Shown here: positions 18,169-28,561 of the stretch, piece by piece
How the letters are laid out: every line of letters begins with the position of its first letter
Position numbering within the stretch: the stretch's first letter is position 1
IMG/VR virus record: IMGVR_UViG_3300028146_000011
Coordinates: 1-63,198 of that record
Strand: one strand, 5' to 3'
Origin: a virus
Taxonomy: Duplodnaviria > Caudoviricetes
Length of the DNA stretch: 63,198 bases
Notes under the pieces: model-generated
What the model saw: the letters and a program-made list of their open reading frames with translations, nothing else
The model's database searches: none
Told to the model about the DNA's origin: nothing
Made by a program: the position numbers and the translations under genes

Positions 18169-19417
18169 TCTCGCCATACTTGGGTAGCCGCTTCTGCGAG
18201 TCCATAAAGTCGTACACGTCCCGCATCTGCTCTACAGTCAAGTCTGACCACGACTTCTTACCAAACACATCCTTTGCCAGTTGACTGAGGTTAGCGTGCC
18301 CATTCTTGCCCGCTGGTGACCCTGGTAGCTCTAGCTCTTGGGCACGGGCATGAGCCATCCTATTCATCTCAAACTTGTTGATGGATGGTAGAGTCTTCAT
18401 AGTCTCACTTAATGGTACTGTAGGCTCTGCTGCCTGTGGTGTGGGAGCCTGTGCAATAGGCAGCTGTGCTATGGGCTTGCCCGGTATGCGGCCAGACGGC
18501 AGAGCTTCCACCTTTGGTATGTTCAACTCGGGGCTGGGTTGTGGTGTCGGCTGTGGCATGTCAGCCCACCAAGGACGAGGACGTAATGTGATAGTAGAGG
18601 TTGATTTGGGCGTAGACTCTGGGCGTACGACTTGCCCAGTCTTAGGCCCTGGTGTCCTGCCACTGGGCAGTGGAGTTTGTACCGGCTCCGGTAGTTGCAG
18701 TCCAGGACCCTGACCTGGAATGGGCACATTGCCTACGCCTACAGGTGGCCTTGGAGGTACAGTCTCAGGGTTAATAGGTCTTGGCTCCCACGGGGTCTGC
18801 ACAGGTTGAGGCAACTGTAGTCCAGGCCCAGGTTGCGGTGTAGGTACGCTCTGTGCTGGCAAGTGAGATACTTGCGGCCTTATCCTTAGCTGGGGAAACA
18901 TCGTTAGTAGTGCTTTCTCACCGGCGGCTACGATAGGCTCTAATCTAGATCCTGTGTAGTACCCACCAGCCATAGCTCCCACATCCTGCAAACCTTGTTT
19001 GTACTCAGGCGCTAAGTCACCAGCGTCAGCAGCCGCAGTAGCCGCATAGTGTCCAAGTGCCGCTCCTGGTAGGTAGGTCAAGGCGCGGATAGGATGAGTG
19101 AGTGCAAACGGAGCGGCCACTAAAGGCCCTAGAGATCGAACTACATCTGAGCCGCCGCCAACGATATTCTTGGATATGCTCTCAGTAGCTCCCGTCGGCC
19201 CACCCTTATCACTCTTGATACCCAGCATCTTCTCTACACCTCTGGATGCTCTATCCACAGTGGAGCTTGCAAACTCATCCAGAGTGCCTAGCGGTCCCGG
19301 TAGGCTAGACGTGAATCCAGGATAGCCAAACGTAGCTTTCTTCAAGGGCTGTGACGACACCACAGACAGGCCACTGTTAGTTAACGGCTCGGATTTGGTT
19401 ACAGTTAGGTCGGCCAT
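18158..19417 (-). CDS. Pro-rich putative internal virion/ejection protein
   Basis: Last gene of the virion operon; repeated GPGLQLPxPVQTP and LPSGRxPG units. Confidence 0.5.
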   Translation of the reverse strand: MADLTVTKSEPLTNSGLSVVSSQPLKKATFGYPGFTSSLPGPLGTLDEFASSTVDRASRGVEKMLGIKSDKGGPTGATESISKNIVGGGSDVVRSLGPLVAAPFALTHPIRALTYLPGAALGHYAATAAADAGDLAPEYKQGLQDVGAMAGGYYTGSRLEPIVAAGEKALLTMFPQLRIRPQVSHLPAQSVPTPQPGPGLQLPQPVQTPWEPRPINPETVPPRPPVGVGNVPIPGQGPGLQLPEPVQTPLPSGRTPGPKTGQVVRPESTPKSTSTITLRPRPWWADMPQPTPQPSPELNIPKVEALPSGRIPGKPIAQLPIAQAPTPQAAEPTVPLSETMKTLPSINKFEMNRMAHARAQELELPGSPAGKNGHANLSQLAKDVFGKKSWSDLTVEQMRDVYDFMDSQKRLPKYGEIKP

Positions 19418-21297
19418 TACTGCCTCGTGATATTACCTGTGGCGTCCTTCATCCACTTAGAGCCGTCGCTTAAGGTGTGGATGCCGGGTCCAACACTGGA
19501 GAGAGCTTTGGTCACTTCGGGCGGCACTGTACCGGATGGCGGCAGGTTAGGTGTAATGTTTACACCTTGACCACTCAGAGCTTTTGACAGTGGCTCTTGC
19601 TGACCCTTCAGGGCGGCTATCGAGTTATCGAGTACCCGCCGTGTGATGTCAGGCTTGGCGAGTAGCTGTCCACGCTGAGCTTGCAAAGCCTGCCACGCTT
19701 CAGGCCCTCTAAACCCAGTAGCTCCCATCGGTCCACGCAACAGGTTGATATCTTCCATCATAGTGCGAAAGTCGCCAACGAACTCAGCTTCAGATGGCGT
19801 CAGAGGCATAGCTCTGTTGACGATAGCGCGGATGAGATGATTCGAGTCTGTCTCTAGGGCCAACTTGCCAGAATTGAGCATCGAGTCAAGCAGTGTCAGC
19901 TTGCCCCTAATGTTCTGCATACGGTTGATGGCCAGATTATACTGTTCTAATTGCTGCTGATGCTTAACCATCTGCTCTGGTGTGAAGGGCTTGACGAATG
20001 ACTTCTCACCTGAAGTCTTAGGAGGTGTGACAGGTGACACAGACGGCGTACCTGATGCTTTGGGTGACACTGGTGCTGGTGCTCCACCTTGAGGAGCCAC
20101 TTTGCTGGTGCTTGTCTGCACAGGCTCCAGCCGTGTGACAGGTACACCATTCTCAACTGTTTGCACCATTCTATATGTGTTGGACACTGACGGTAGCATA
20201 GCAGGAGCCACTGCTCCCGGCACAGTTACAGGGCTGATGCCCGCTTGCACTCCAGCGGGCGTGAATTGCTCAACCCCTCCACCAGCGGTAGGAGCCGTCC
20301 GTACAGCATTCATAGATGGCGGCACAGCACCAGTGACGGGAGCCATAGTGTCTCCAGTCAGACGATTACTCACCTGCAATCCACCAGGAGTCTGTGTAAA
20401 TGCTGTTTGAGCTTCGATAGGATACCCAGCCAGAGTACCCATGTGCTCCATGATCCGGTACTCCTTCTTGGGATCAAGAGGCTGACCTGTAGCAGCTTCC
20501 ACTACTCCAGGGTAGTCTTTGCCTACTGCGCGACTGGCTACCAGCCGGGGCAGCATGGCGAATCCAGGCATAGACACTGGAGACATACCAGACGCTTCCG
20601 CTTCATATGCTGCCTTCTGGTATGGCATCAAGTTGTCCCACAACTCTTTGTTAGACTTGAGAGACTGTAGACCGGCTCTTTTGTATGCTAGAGCCGTAGC
20701 CAACTGCTCAGTGCCCTGTCTCAGTGCTTCGTTGTGTGCAATCTCCTGATCCATCAACGGCTTAAGTCTGGCGAATCCTGCCTGTGTCTGCCACTCGGGT
20801 AGAGTGGAATACTTACGGTAGATGTCGGCAACACTCTGCGGCTGAGGAGCACCAACAGGTGGAGTGAACGCCGGCGGCTGCTGAGCTTGAGGTTGTACAG
20901 GAGACGTAGCGGGCTGTGCCGCAACTGGAGACGAGCCTCCAATGGGTGTGAAGTTCGGCGTGCCCGGTGTCTGTCCAGGTGGGGCAGGCCCAGGCTGGGG
21001 CGTAGGCTGTTGGGGTGGACCACCCAACATCTGACCTAAGGCGTGATCGCTCTCAGTATGCGCCTGTAGAGTCTTGATGGCGGCGGGGACGATCTTACTC
21101 ATGTCCTTGCCGCCTAGCAAGTCACTCACATGGCCATACAGTTCAGCTTGCCTCTGTGGATCTACCTCATTAGATGCACGCTGGGCCAGCAGATTGGCGA
21201 ACGAGTTACGCCTCTCTTCAAAGATACCGCGCATCCGCTGACCGTAATCAATCAATGGTCCCGCTGCGCCGCCAATTGCTGCTGCAAAGCCTGCCAT
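19417..21297 (-). CDS. Putative internal virion/ejection protein
   Basis: MAGFAAAIGG N-terminus, Pro/Gln-rich; podovirus position. Confidence 0.55.
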   Translation of the reverse strand: MAGFAAAIGGAAGPLIDYGQRMRGIFEERRNSFANLLAQRASNEVDPQRQAELYGHVSDLLGGKDMSKIVPAAIKTLQAHTESDHALGQMLGGPPQQPTPQPGPAPPGQTPGTPNFTPIGGSSPVAAQPATSPVQPQAQQPPAFTPPVGAPQPQSVADIYRKYSTLPEWQTQAGFARLKPLMDQEIAHNEALRQGTEQLATALAYKRAGLQSLKSNKELWDNLMPYQKAAYEAEASGMSPVSMPGFAMLPRLVASRAVGKDYPGVVEAATGQPLDPKKEYRIMEHMGTLAGYPIEAQTAFTQTPGGLQVSNRLTGDTMAPVTGAVPPSMNAVRTAPTAGGGVEQFTPAGVQAGISPVTVPGAVAPAMLPSVSNTYRMVQTVENGVPVTRLEPVQTSTSKVAPQGGAPAPVSPKASGTPSVSPVTPPKTSGEKSFVKPFTPEQMVKHQQQLEQYNLAINRMQNIRGKLTLLDSMLNSGKLALETDSNHLIRAIVNRAMPLTPSEAEFVGDFRTMMEDINLLRGPMGATGFRGPEAWQALQAQRGQLLAKPDITRRVLDNSIAALKGQQEPLSKALSGQGVNITPNLPPSGTVPPEVTKALSSVGPGIHTLSDGSKWMKDATGNITRQ

Positions 21298-21325
21298 AGA
21301 AATACCTCAGACTGTAATCATTACA

Positions 21326-21934
21326 CTAGTGGAAGATGTTCCCAAACAGACTACCGCCGCCAGTTGTGGGAGCAAGAGCTAAGCCCATAAGGGTCTGCCC
21401 AATCCCACCGAACAACTGATTAGATATCTGCTGTTGCTGCTGGCCAATTTGAGCCAAGTTTGTGTTGACAGCACCAGAGCCAGTGAGTGCGCTGTTGGCT
21501 AGGTTGAACAAGTTAGCCCCCTGCCCAGTCTCCTGTAGCCCAATCTGTGGTAACTGTTGCGCCGCCGCCATCCTCGGCTGATTGAATAGGTTGATGAGAT
21601 CGCCAGTGCTCGACAGGGGTACTCCGTAGTTAGCGCCAAACCTGCCTCCACCTCTGGGCGTCAGCGTGTTAACAGCGGACAGAGTATTGTTGCGGGCCGC
21701 ATTAGCTCTCTCTATGTCGGGCTGTAGCAGCGCTGTCGTATTCGCATTGTTACCGTTGAGGAGAGTGTTGAAGAAGTTGACACCAGATGAAGTGGTGCCA
21801 GCCCCAGTGTTCAGCATATTGCCAGCCGCCGTGTTAAGCTGCGGAAACTGGACATTTTGTAGAGCGTTGGACACACCACCCAAGTTGTTCTCAGCAGTTT
21901 TCGTTGTGTTGCTGGGGCCAAAGGACATAGACAC
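21326..21934 (-). CDS. Putative small ejection protein
   Basis: Gly/Asn/Gln-rich with hydrophobic C-terminus; position after a GNAT-like gene. Confidence 0.5.
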   Translation of the reverse strand: MSMSFGPSNTTKTAENNLGGVSNALQNVQFPQLNTAAGNMLNTGAGTTSSGVNFFNTLLNGNNANTTALLQPDIERANAARNNTLSAVNTLTPRGGGRFGANYGVPLSSTGDLINLFNQPRMAAAQQLPQIGLQETGQGANLFNLANSALTGSGAVNTNLAQIGQQQQQISNQLFGGIGQTLMGLALAPTTGGGSLFGNIFH

Positions 21935-21936
21935 CT

Positions 21937-22422
21937 CTACTGGATACGTTCATCCTCTAACGGCAAGTTCTCTTGCAGTATTGGCTGCAATTCAACAGGT
22001 GACTTGGTAGGCATTTCTGGGTACACGAGTTTACTCAACACAACCCACGGCTCGACTTGCATACCAATCTTAGTCGCCAACTGCGCAACTTTGCCAGCCG
22101 GAGCGAACAGATATACCCACTGTGGGCCGGTCGTTTTGAGTATGTGACTTTCAGCGGCATTGACGAGAGGCAGAAACAAGTCAGAGTGCCCGTCCTCGAT
22201 ATACATAGGCTCAGCGTGTAGCTTAAGTTGCAGCACAACAAAGCCCAGCACTTTACCGTCTTTGACTACTCCAATGAACACAGACACAGAGGTGTTAGGA
22301 AGTGAAGCACCCTGAGCCGTGAAGATATGCTCTACGGACTTGATCTCTTCTGGTGTGAGCACACGGATACCGTCATTGCTGATCTTCTGCTCTGTCGGCT
22401 TCGGTAGCATATCAATGGCCAT
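21937..22422 (-). CDS. GNAT-fold-like virion-region protein
   Basis: VVKDGKVLGFV strand pattern; position like T7 gp13; TATAAT 5 nt before the ATG. Confidence 0.45.
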   Translation of the reverse strand: MAIDMLPKPTEQKISNDGIRVLTPEEIKSVEHIFTAQGASLPNTSVSVFIGVVKDGKVLGFVVLQLKLHAEPMYIEDGHSDLFLPLVNAAESHILKTTGPQWVYLFAPAGKVAQLATKIGMQVEPWVVLSKLVYPEMPTKSPVELQPILQENLPLEDERIQ

Positions 22423-22451
22423 ACTTTATTATACTCCTCTAAGTGTAATAA

Positions 22452-23033
22452 TTACAGAGGCGTAAGCAGCCACAGTGACCCCCAACAGTAGAATGCCGGG
22501 CCAAAGACTAAGGTGTTTAAGGCTCCTCCAGAGTCCTGAAAAGCGTTGAACTCGCAGAAATCTCCCTTGTCCATCATTCTTATAGCTGATACAGGTATCA
22601 CATTAAAGACGGCACTTGGGAGATTGATACTGAATGGGAACGGTATGGGTATGGCTCCGTTGACGTATATCGCAGACCTACGGAATGTGCCTGCCGCACT
22701 ACCCGCAAACCCTACTTGCCCAACTACTAGGTACAGACCCTTGACCGGAGCGGTGAACTTAGACCCAGATACTATGCCGCCCGTGTCTGTATCTACCGCG
22801 TCCATAGTGACTGGTGTGGCTGTGTTGTTTGGTATGGACTGAGGAGCACTTGCGTGAGCTAGGGCGTATGCAGTAGTGGCCTGAGCAGTAGTCTGTGACA
22901 CAGTGCCGGGGGAGGCTTGCAGTCGTGCGAGAGCTTCACTAACCTGCGCCAGCTTGTTATACACGTCTTGTAGAGCCTGATTAGTCTGTGGATCAGGCAG
23001 CGTGTATCGAGTAAAGGGTACAGGAGGTGTCAC
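22452..23033 (-). CDS. Short fibre/needle protein with coiled coil and C1q-like head
   Basis: FTAPVKGLYLV C1q-like motif after a heptad segment. Confidence 0.6.
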   Translation of the reverse strand: MTPPVPFTRYTLPDPQTNQALQDVYNKLAQVSEALARLQASPGTVSQTTAQATTAYALAHASAPQSIPNNTATPVTMDAVDTDTGGIVSGSKFTAPVKGLYLVVGQVGFAGSAAGTFRRSAIYVNGAIPIPFPFSINLPSAVFNVIPVSAIRMMDKGDFCEFNAFQDSGGALNTLVFGPAFYCWGSLWLLTPL

Positions 23034-26000
23034 GCTCTAAATACCGCCAAGTTAATGTAAGACTCTTCCGTCCACTGTTTCGTTTCAATCGTAAAGTCTT
23101 GCGGGAAGAAGGCAAAGTTCTGCCCTTGTCCGTCAAGCTGTAACGCGAAGGCTAAGTCCTTCACTCCATGAGGTAGCATCTGGGGCAGTATCCGGTACTG
23201 CCCACCTGTGCTTGGAATGGTGAATGGGCCGTATGTTCTGTCGTCCTGTGTCTTGATCGTCATCAGTACTGGACTGTTGGATATGATCGCTGGGTACATC
23301 CGTCGCATATGCTTCCATCCAGGGAACGAGAACGGTATGAACTGGGTAACAAAGAACTGTGACAGGTAGGGCTGTAGGAATGCGGACATCTCCCACGCAT
23401 ACAGCCTTGGCCCATCAGGGCCACCAGTCCACGCGAACTTAGCTCCAATATTGCGGTGTAGAGTTAGATCAGCAAGAGATGCAATGTTCTGTAAGAACTG
23501 TTGAATGGAGCCGGTCACGCTGAAGTTAGTCACAGGCGAGAATGATTGAGCATTGTCAAATGAGGCAGCTACAGCAACAGTGCCGTTGCCGTCAGCCTGC
23601 ACCATCTCATCTACATAGAGCTTCTGTGCTCTCTCATCGCCACCGTCAGCAGATGGAGTGAGCACAATCGTGTTGATGACCTTACCGTTATCGGTGTTGC
23701 CGCCAGACTGCATGATGGAGTCTGAGTCAACAGACAACATCAGAATCTCTTGGTCGTTAGGGGCGGATGAGGAGGGCTCTACGAGATAGTGGCGGATGAT
23801 GTTGTTGCCGTAGTTGTTGAGTAGCCATCGCTTCTTGTAAATCTCATACACCAGTGTGTTGAAGTTGCCGCCAGTGTCCTTATAGGAGAAGCGAAGTGAC
23901 TCATCACAATAGGTCAGGTGGAGGAACTGTAACTGCGTCATGTCCACCGGCAGTATGATGTTAGACCCCGAGTTAATAGCTTCAGCGGCCTGTCCATCGT
24001 GCGGAAACAGAGGGTAAAGCCGCTCATCAGTAATGCTCACAGCAGTAGTGTCTGAGGCAATATAGATGCCGTCTCTGCCTAGATAAGCCACTCCAATGGG
24101 GCACGCACAGCACGCCCAGCGACTCCACATGCCAGACGGCGCAGAGACTTTGGACCACTGGTAAGACGTACTACCAGACGCCCCAATCTGTGTGAGGTAG
24201 GAGTAGCGGACAACAAAGATATCCTCTCTACTACCTACGATGGCCATTCCCTTCCACACATCGCCGCTAACTAGGTCCTGTGACGGCGTAGACAACTCCA
24301 GCGTGTTGGCATCAGAGGCTCCGTCGGCATCGCTAAAGTTGGTGAAGTACAGCAGGCCACCGTTGAGTGGGTCACCCAATGCGAAGATGACAGGAGCAAA
24401 TGGCCCCTCTAACGAGCCAAACGCAAACGGTAGCGGCTGACCGGCAAGAGTTGGGGAGGCTAGAGTAAATGAAGCTATGGCTATGTCGCCACCGTCTTGC
24501 GTCAACTGCAACTTGGTAGTGCTCTCTGGATTACCAAAGGTCTGGAATACGGTGCCATTGATGATGATGGCAGAGTTAGTGACTAGAGCCGTGTTGAACT
24601 TAGAACCACTCAGCCACACCACAGAGGTGCCCACCACCTGACAGGTGCCAGTCCAAGGAGACACAAGTAGCGGCCAGGGCTGGAGAGATGTGATAGGGGC
24701 AGCTTGATTAGCCACTAGTACAGAGGTGTCTGGCAGCCCATCAGTGTAACTCGCTGGCGAAGTGGGAGCATTGGTAGCAGTGCCCACATATAGGAGAGAG
24801 GTTATGGTACCCCCTATCCTATATATATCCAAGCTGTCCACACCTGCTTGAGTACTGGCCACAGGTGTAATGATTACACCTTCCCTCAATGGAAATAGCT
24901 GATACCGCGTGATGGGACTAGGCACAGACTTAGCCCCAGTTGACGAGTCCCTATTAGTTGTTGCGTAACTCAAGCCTACTGGCGAGTTAGGCTGCACAAC
25001 AGGGCCGTACGTGCCAAACAAGTACAGCCAATCAAAGCCCCAGTTAGACGCAGCGGACGTAACTACTTGAATGGCAACACCCTGGATACTGGCGAGTGTT
25101 TTAGTCTGATCTGATCCAAATCGCACACCAGACGAGATAGGGACTACGATCTCTACCCAGCTACTTGCACTAGAGCCTAGCACTTGGAGAGCACTGCCGC
25201 TGAGTGTGAAGACGTAGGCGTTACCTGGATCAGTGAAGGAGAACGAGGGCGTAGCATCTAACGCCAGCATTAACTGCACACTGCCGATTACTGCGGCATT
25301 CTGAAAGAACATGCTGATATGCAGGTAGTCGTTAGCCGCGTCAACCGGCCTACCGTTGGCAACTGAGGCATTAACTGCAACAGTGTCAGTCACGCCACCA
25401 GTACCGGCAGCAGCCTGCGTCATCAGAAGGTAATTGACCGTGACTGTCTCAGCGGCGGCATGAGTCTGAGTTGTATATACTCTCCACGACTGGAGGACTG
25501 TGCAGGCATCACCTGGATTGCGAGTGTTGGTTGTGACACAGCGGATACAGTATGTGGTGCCGTCTGGAGACTGGATAACCTCAAGCGCTCTCACAAGCTC
25601 TGTCGGACCACTAAAGCTGAGTAGAGAGTTGCGGTCTACTGGAGGCTGAGATGCCAGCTTGATAGTACATAAGCCGTCACTACCAATGTCATACAGGATG
25701 TCTAGCAGGGTTGTCGCTGACGATCCTGGATGAGACTCACGAATAGTGACACTCTCCTGGTTGCCTCCACCTGAGTTGAGAATCACCTTAGACCGTGGGG
25801 GTGCCCAGCTAACATCAGAGATACTGGCGTGGATACAGCACCAGCCTGTATTACCAGAGTCATAGAGAATGTCTGTAATAGTAACTGCGCTTGGCCTGCG
25901 GTCAGTCTGTGCCGGTCCTGTAGCTATGCCGGTATTCGTCCACCCAGTAGTAGCCTGCCCATCCACTATTAGCGCTTCTGCGGGTGCAGCAAGCTCAATA

Positions 26001-26458
26001 GTGGGTGCAGTGTTAGGGGGAGCAACACCGATAGCCCTCACCACTCCGTCTGGCCTGACCTTGGACATCTTCAACCTATCGTAGACATACATCCACGACT
26101 CAGGAGACTGCTCCGGCCTGAATGGTATAAGAGATAGTGGGTCACCTGAGTAGCCTATGTCCACCTTTGCATAAGAGGTGGACGGGCCAGCATATAGGTT
26201 AGGCCCACCTCCACCAACGTATATGTAGCCAGTTGGTGCAAAGGACTGCGATGGGTCATTCAGACGGCGTACTGAGTTGGGCGGATCTGACAGGGCCATC
26301 AACTGTGTATACCCCGGACGCCCATCAATGCGGCCTTCCTCCAGAATGCGGGCATTAAACAGGTAAGCAAACGACCCCTCTGGCATCCTGTCAATAGGAT
26401 GCACAAGGTCAATGCCCGTGCAGTTCATCCGTAGCGGCAGTCTAGATATGTCAGGCAT
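23030..26458 (-). CDS. Tail nozzle / tubular protein B-like (1142 aa)
   Basis: Large beta-rich protein, N-terminal N..I...G.I..RPG and GVAYLGRDGIY propeller-like motifs. Confidence 0.6.
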   Translation of the reverse strand: MPDISRLPLRMNCTGIDLVHPIDRMPEGSFAYLFNARILEEGRIDGRPGYTQLMALSDPPNSVRRLNDPSQSFAPTGYIYVGGGGPNLYAGPSTSYAKVDIGYSGDPLSLIPFRPEQSPESWMYVYDRLKMSKVRPDGVVRAIGVAPPNTAPTIELAAPAEALIVDGQATTGWTNTGIATGPAQTDRRPSAVTITDILYDSGNTGWCCIHASISDVSWAPPRSKVILNSGGGNQESVTIRESHPGSSATTLLDILYDIGSDGLCTIKLASQPPVDRNSLLSFSGPTELVRALEVIQSPDGTTYCIRCVTTNTRNPGDACTVLQSWRVYTTQTHAAAETVTVNYLLMTQAAAGTGGVTDTVAVNASVANGRPVDAANDYLHISMFFQNAAVIGSVQLMLALDATPSFSFTDPGNAYVFTLSGSALQVLGSSASSWVEIVVPISSGVRFGSDQTKTLASIQGVAIQVVTSAASNWGFDWLYLFGTYGPVVQPNSPVGLSYATTNRDSSTGAKSVPSPITRYQLFPLREGVIITPVASTQAGVDSLDIYRIGGTITSLLYVGTATNAPTSPASYTDGLPDTSVLVANQAAPITSLQPWPLLVSPWTGTCQVVGTSVVWLSGSKFNTALVTNSAIIINGTVFQTFGNPESTTKLQLTQDGGDIAIASFTLASPTLAGQPLPFAFGSLEGPFAPVIFALGDPLNGGLLYFTNFSDADGASDANTLELSTPSQDLVSGDVWKGMAIVGSREDIFVVRYSYLTQIGASGSTSYQWSKVSAPSGMWSRWACCACPIGVAYLGRDGIYIASDTTAVSITDERLYPLFPHDGQAAEAINSGSNIILPVDMTQLQFLHLTYCDESLRFSYKDTGGNFNTLVYEIYKKRWLLNNYGNNIIRHYLVEPSSSAPNDQEILMLSVDSDSIMQSGGNTDNGKVINTIVLTPSADGGDERAQKLYVDEMVQADGNGTVAVAASFDNAQSFSPVTNFSVTGSIQQFLQNIASLADLTLHRNIGAKFAWTGGPDGPRLYAWEMSAFLQPYLSQFFVTQFIPFSFPGWKHMRRMYPAIISNSPVLMTIKTQDDRTYGPFTIPSTGGQYRILPQMLPHGVKDLAFALQLDGQGQNFAFFPQDFTIETKQWTEESYINLAVFRA

Positions 26459-27908
26459 TGATACTCATCCTATCTGGCCGCTCTGCGCTCTCCTTGCGAG
26501 GCTGGCCAAACAGCGGTGCCAAGTATGTAATACGGGCTTTGTTGACACCCGCCCTCAACGACACAGACTTGAGGAACGAGTCATAGTCTGACATGGTGGA
26601 CTTGAACTCATTTCCACCACACTTGAATAGGAGGATATGCTGCACATAGTCGCGGATAGCAGACAGGTCTTCTGGCCCCACTTGGATAAAGTTGGATGAT
26701 ACTGGGGAGCCGCCAAGTAATGTAGGCAGAGGAGCCTTCTGTACTACATCCACAGAAAATCCGTATGGGTTGTCAGTTATGACTGGCGTGTTGCTGGAGT
26801 GGTCATAGATGATACCAAACTGATCCAACAGCAATCCTGGTGTAATGATTACAGTGTCGTAGAGAGCGCCAAACATCTCCGGCAATCCAGTCCTGTTTCT
26901 CCAATTAGGATCGCCAGCGTCAATGGCAGTTATCGAGTCCATCGGTATAGGCTTGCCATTGTACAGGAGGCGAATGACAGAGGTGGCATTCTCAGCCATC
27001 TTTAATGACTGCTGGTACCTCTGCTCGGCATAGTCGGCGCGTAGTGGGTCAGTGATCTGACTGTTAGAGGATAGGATGTCCGCTAAAGCCGCGTACTTGA
27101 TAGCGTGTGCCCACTCGTCAGGCACGTTGAACAACGAGATGGGACTAGTCAAGTCCATCTGCAAGGAGTCAACAGTTAGCACCTCAAGGACACCTGTATT
27201 AACAGGTGGAGGTACAAGCTGTAACTTGAGTGGTGACAGTTCTGCCTCAGAGTACCCATATGGAAGTCCTGGGGATGTAGTCCAGTCAGGTGTGCCCTTG
27301 TCAAACGCCCAAGCATCCTGACGCCATAGAGTTGTCCACCTGTCGGCTAGTGGGAATATAGCGGAGCCTGCCCCCACAGACTTATCCATCCATGAAGCTC
27401 TGTGGACAAACACTGACTGTTGGTCAAGGGTAATCAAGCCGTCAGGTGGGGCTGGAGTGATGTATGGTACGTGGATACTAATGGGAATCTTGAAGTCTTT
27501 AACAAATCGGTCGCGGGCTATCTGGATAGCAGCAAGGATGGTGCCCACCGTTACCTGACCACTCATCTGTTGGCCAGACAGACCATTAGGAGCTTCCAGC
27601 AGCATATACTGGATCTCTCTAACCATCTGATCTAGCGTGTACGAGTACCCTCGCAGGTCTGGAATGGCTACAGGCAGGGACACAACAGGAGAAGGTACGA
27701 AGTCTGCTTGCGCCCCTAACGGCACAGGGGGGTAGAGGGTGAATGCGCCTCTAGTTCTCCAGTAGCTTGTGTACGCGCCCCAGACGTTTAGGGCTTCATA
27801 CGTAGCGAACTGGATCTCTTGACGAGTCCAATATACCGCCGTCGTGTCATCAAGTATGACGCCGATAGATGTAATGAAATCGTCAAGAGTTGTGGTCTGG
27901 TAGGGCAC
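26451..27908 (-). CDS. Head-tail adaptor-like tail protein
   Basis: YWTRQEI and VPDEWAHAIKYAA adaptor-like motifs; position. Confidence 0.5.
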   Translation of the reverse strand: MPYQTTTLDDFITSIGVILDDTTAVYWTRQEIQFATYEALNVWGAYTSYWRTRGAFTLYPPVPLGAQADFVPSPVVSLPVAIPDLRGYSYTLDQMVREIQYMLLEAPNGLSGQQMSGQVTVGTILAAIQIARDRFVKDFKIPISIHVPYITPAPPDGLITLDQQSVFVHRASWMDKSVGAGSAIFPLADRWTTLWRQDAWAFDKGTPDWTTSPGLPYGYSEAELSPLKLQLVPPPVNTGVLEVLTVDSLQMDLTSPISLFNVPDEWAHAIKYAALADILSSNSQITDPLRADYAEQRYQQSLKMAENATSVIRLLYNGKPIPMDSITAIDAGDPNWRNRTGLPEMFGALYDTVIITPGLLLDQFGIIYDHSSNTPVITDNPYGFSVDVVQKAPLPTLLGGSPVSSNFIQVGPEDLSAIRDYVQHILLFKCGGNEFKSTMSDYDSFLKSVSLRAGVNKARITYLAPLFGQPRKESAERPDRMSINA

Positions 27909-28097
27909 TTACTTGTGATAGCTGCGTGCGTGTTCGCTGCAAGGCCCTTCGATCGTTGTCTTGCCTTCGCCCTTGCCCAAGTTACCGCTAGATGGATAGT
28001 GTTTGGTGGGCAGTTTAAGTGCGTCACCCGGCTTGTTGCTGCCGTTGTAGTCGCCTGCCGGAGTCTCGATACCTGTTACGCTCTTGTCCTTTTCCAT
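27909..28097 (-). CDS. Small Gly/Lys-rich protein
   Basis: Strong AAGGAG RBS, 62 aa. Confidence 0.55.
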   Translation of the reverse strand: MEKDKSVTGIETPAGDYNGSNKPGDALKLPTKHYPSSGNLGKGEGKTTIEGPCSEHARSYHK

Positions 28098-28118
28098 GTT
28101 GTCTCCTTACTGTAATGA

Positions 28119-28529
28119 TTACAGTCTGTTCTCTTTGTTTTTGTTATGTACGGCCAGTTCCCAAGCCGCCACGTTGGATGAGAGGTTATCAACCGCCACG
28201 CCAAGCTCATCACTAGACTTGCGCATCTCTTTCACAGCGTCAATCACCGTCGTCATGACTTCGGTGACCTTAGTAGTCATCTCAACAATTCGGGCGTCCT
28301 TCTCTCTCATCGCATTCCATAGGACTCTAACAGCTATAGCTAACACGGCTACAACTGTCAAATGCTCCACTGGAGTCACAAAGGGTGACACGTCGGGGAC
28401 TGTATTCACTGCCGTCTGCATCACTAGGGCCGAAAAGCTGAGGCCAATTAGGGATTTGACTGCCACTACACCGTGGGTCACTGCCACATCTCCCCTCAGC
28501 CGAAAGCCCTCACCCAAGGGATTCGGCAT
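28119..28529 (-). CDS. Membrane protein with C-terminal coiled coil (holin-like candidate)
   Basis: Hydrophobic segments followed by heptads. Confidence 0.45.
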   Translation of the reverse strand: MPNPLGEGFRLRGDVAVTHGVVAVKSLIGLSFSALVMQTAVNTVPDVSPFVTPVEHLTVVAVLAIAVRVLWNAMREKDARIVEMTTKVTEVMTTVIDAVKEMRKSSDELGVAVDNLSSNVAAWELAVHNKNKENRL

Positions 28530-28561
28530 ACCACAAAATCTCCTTACTTATTATCTCATGT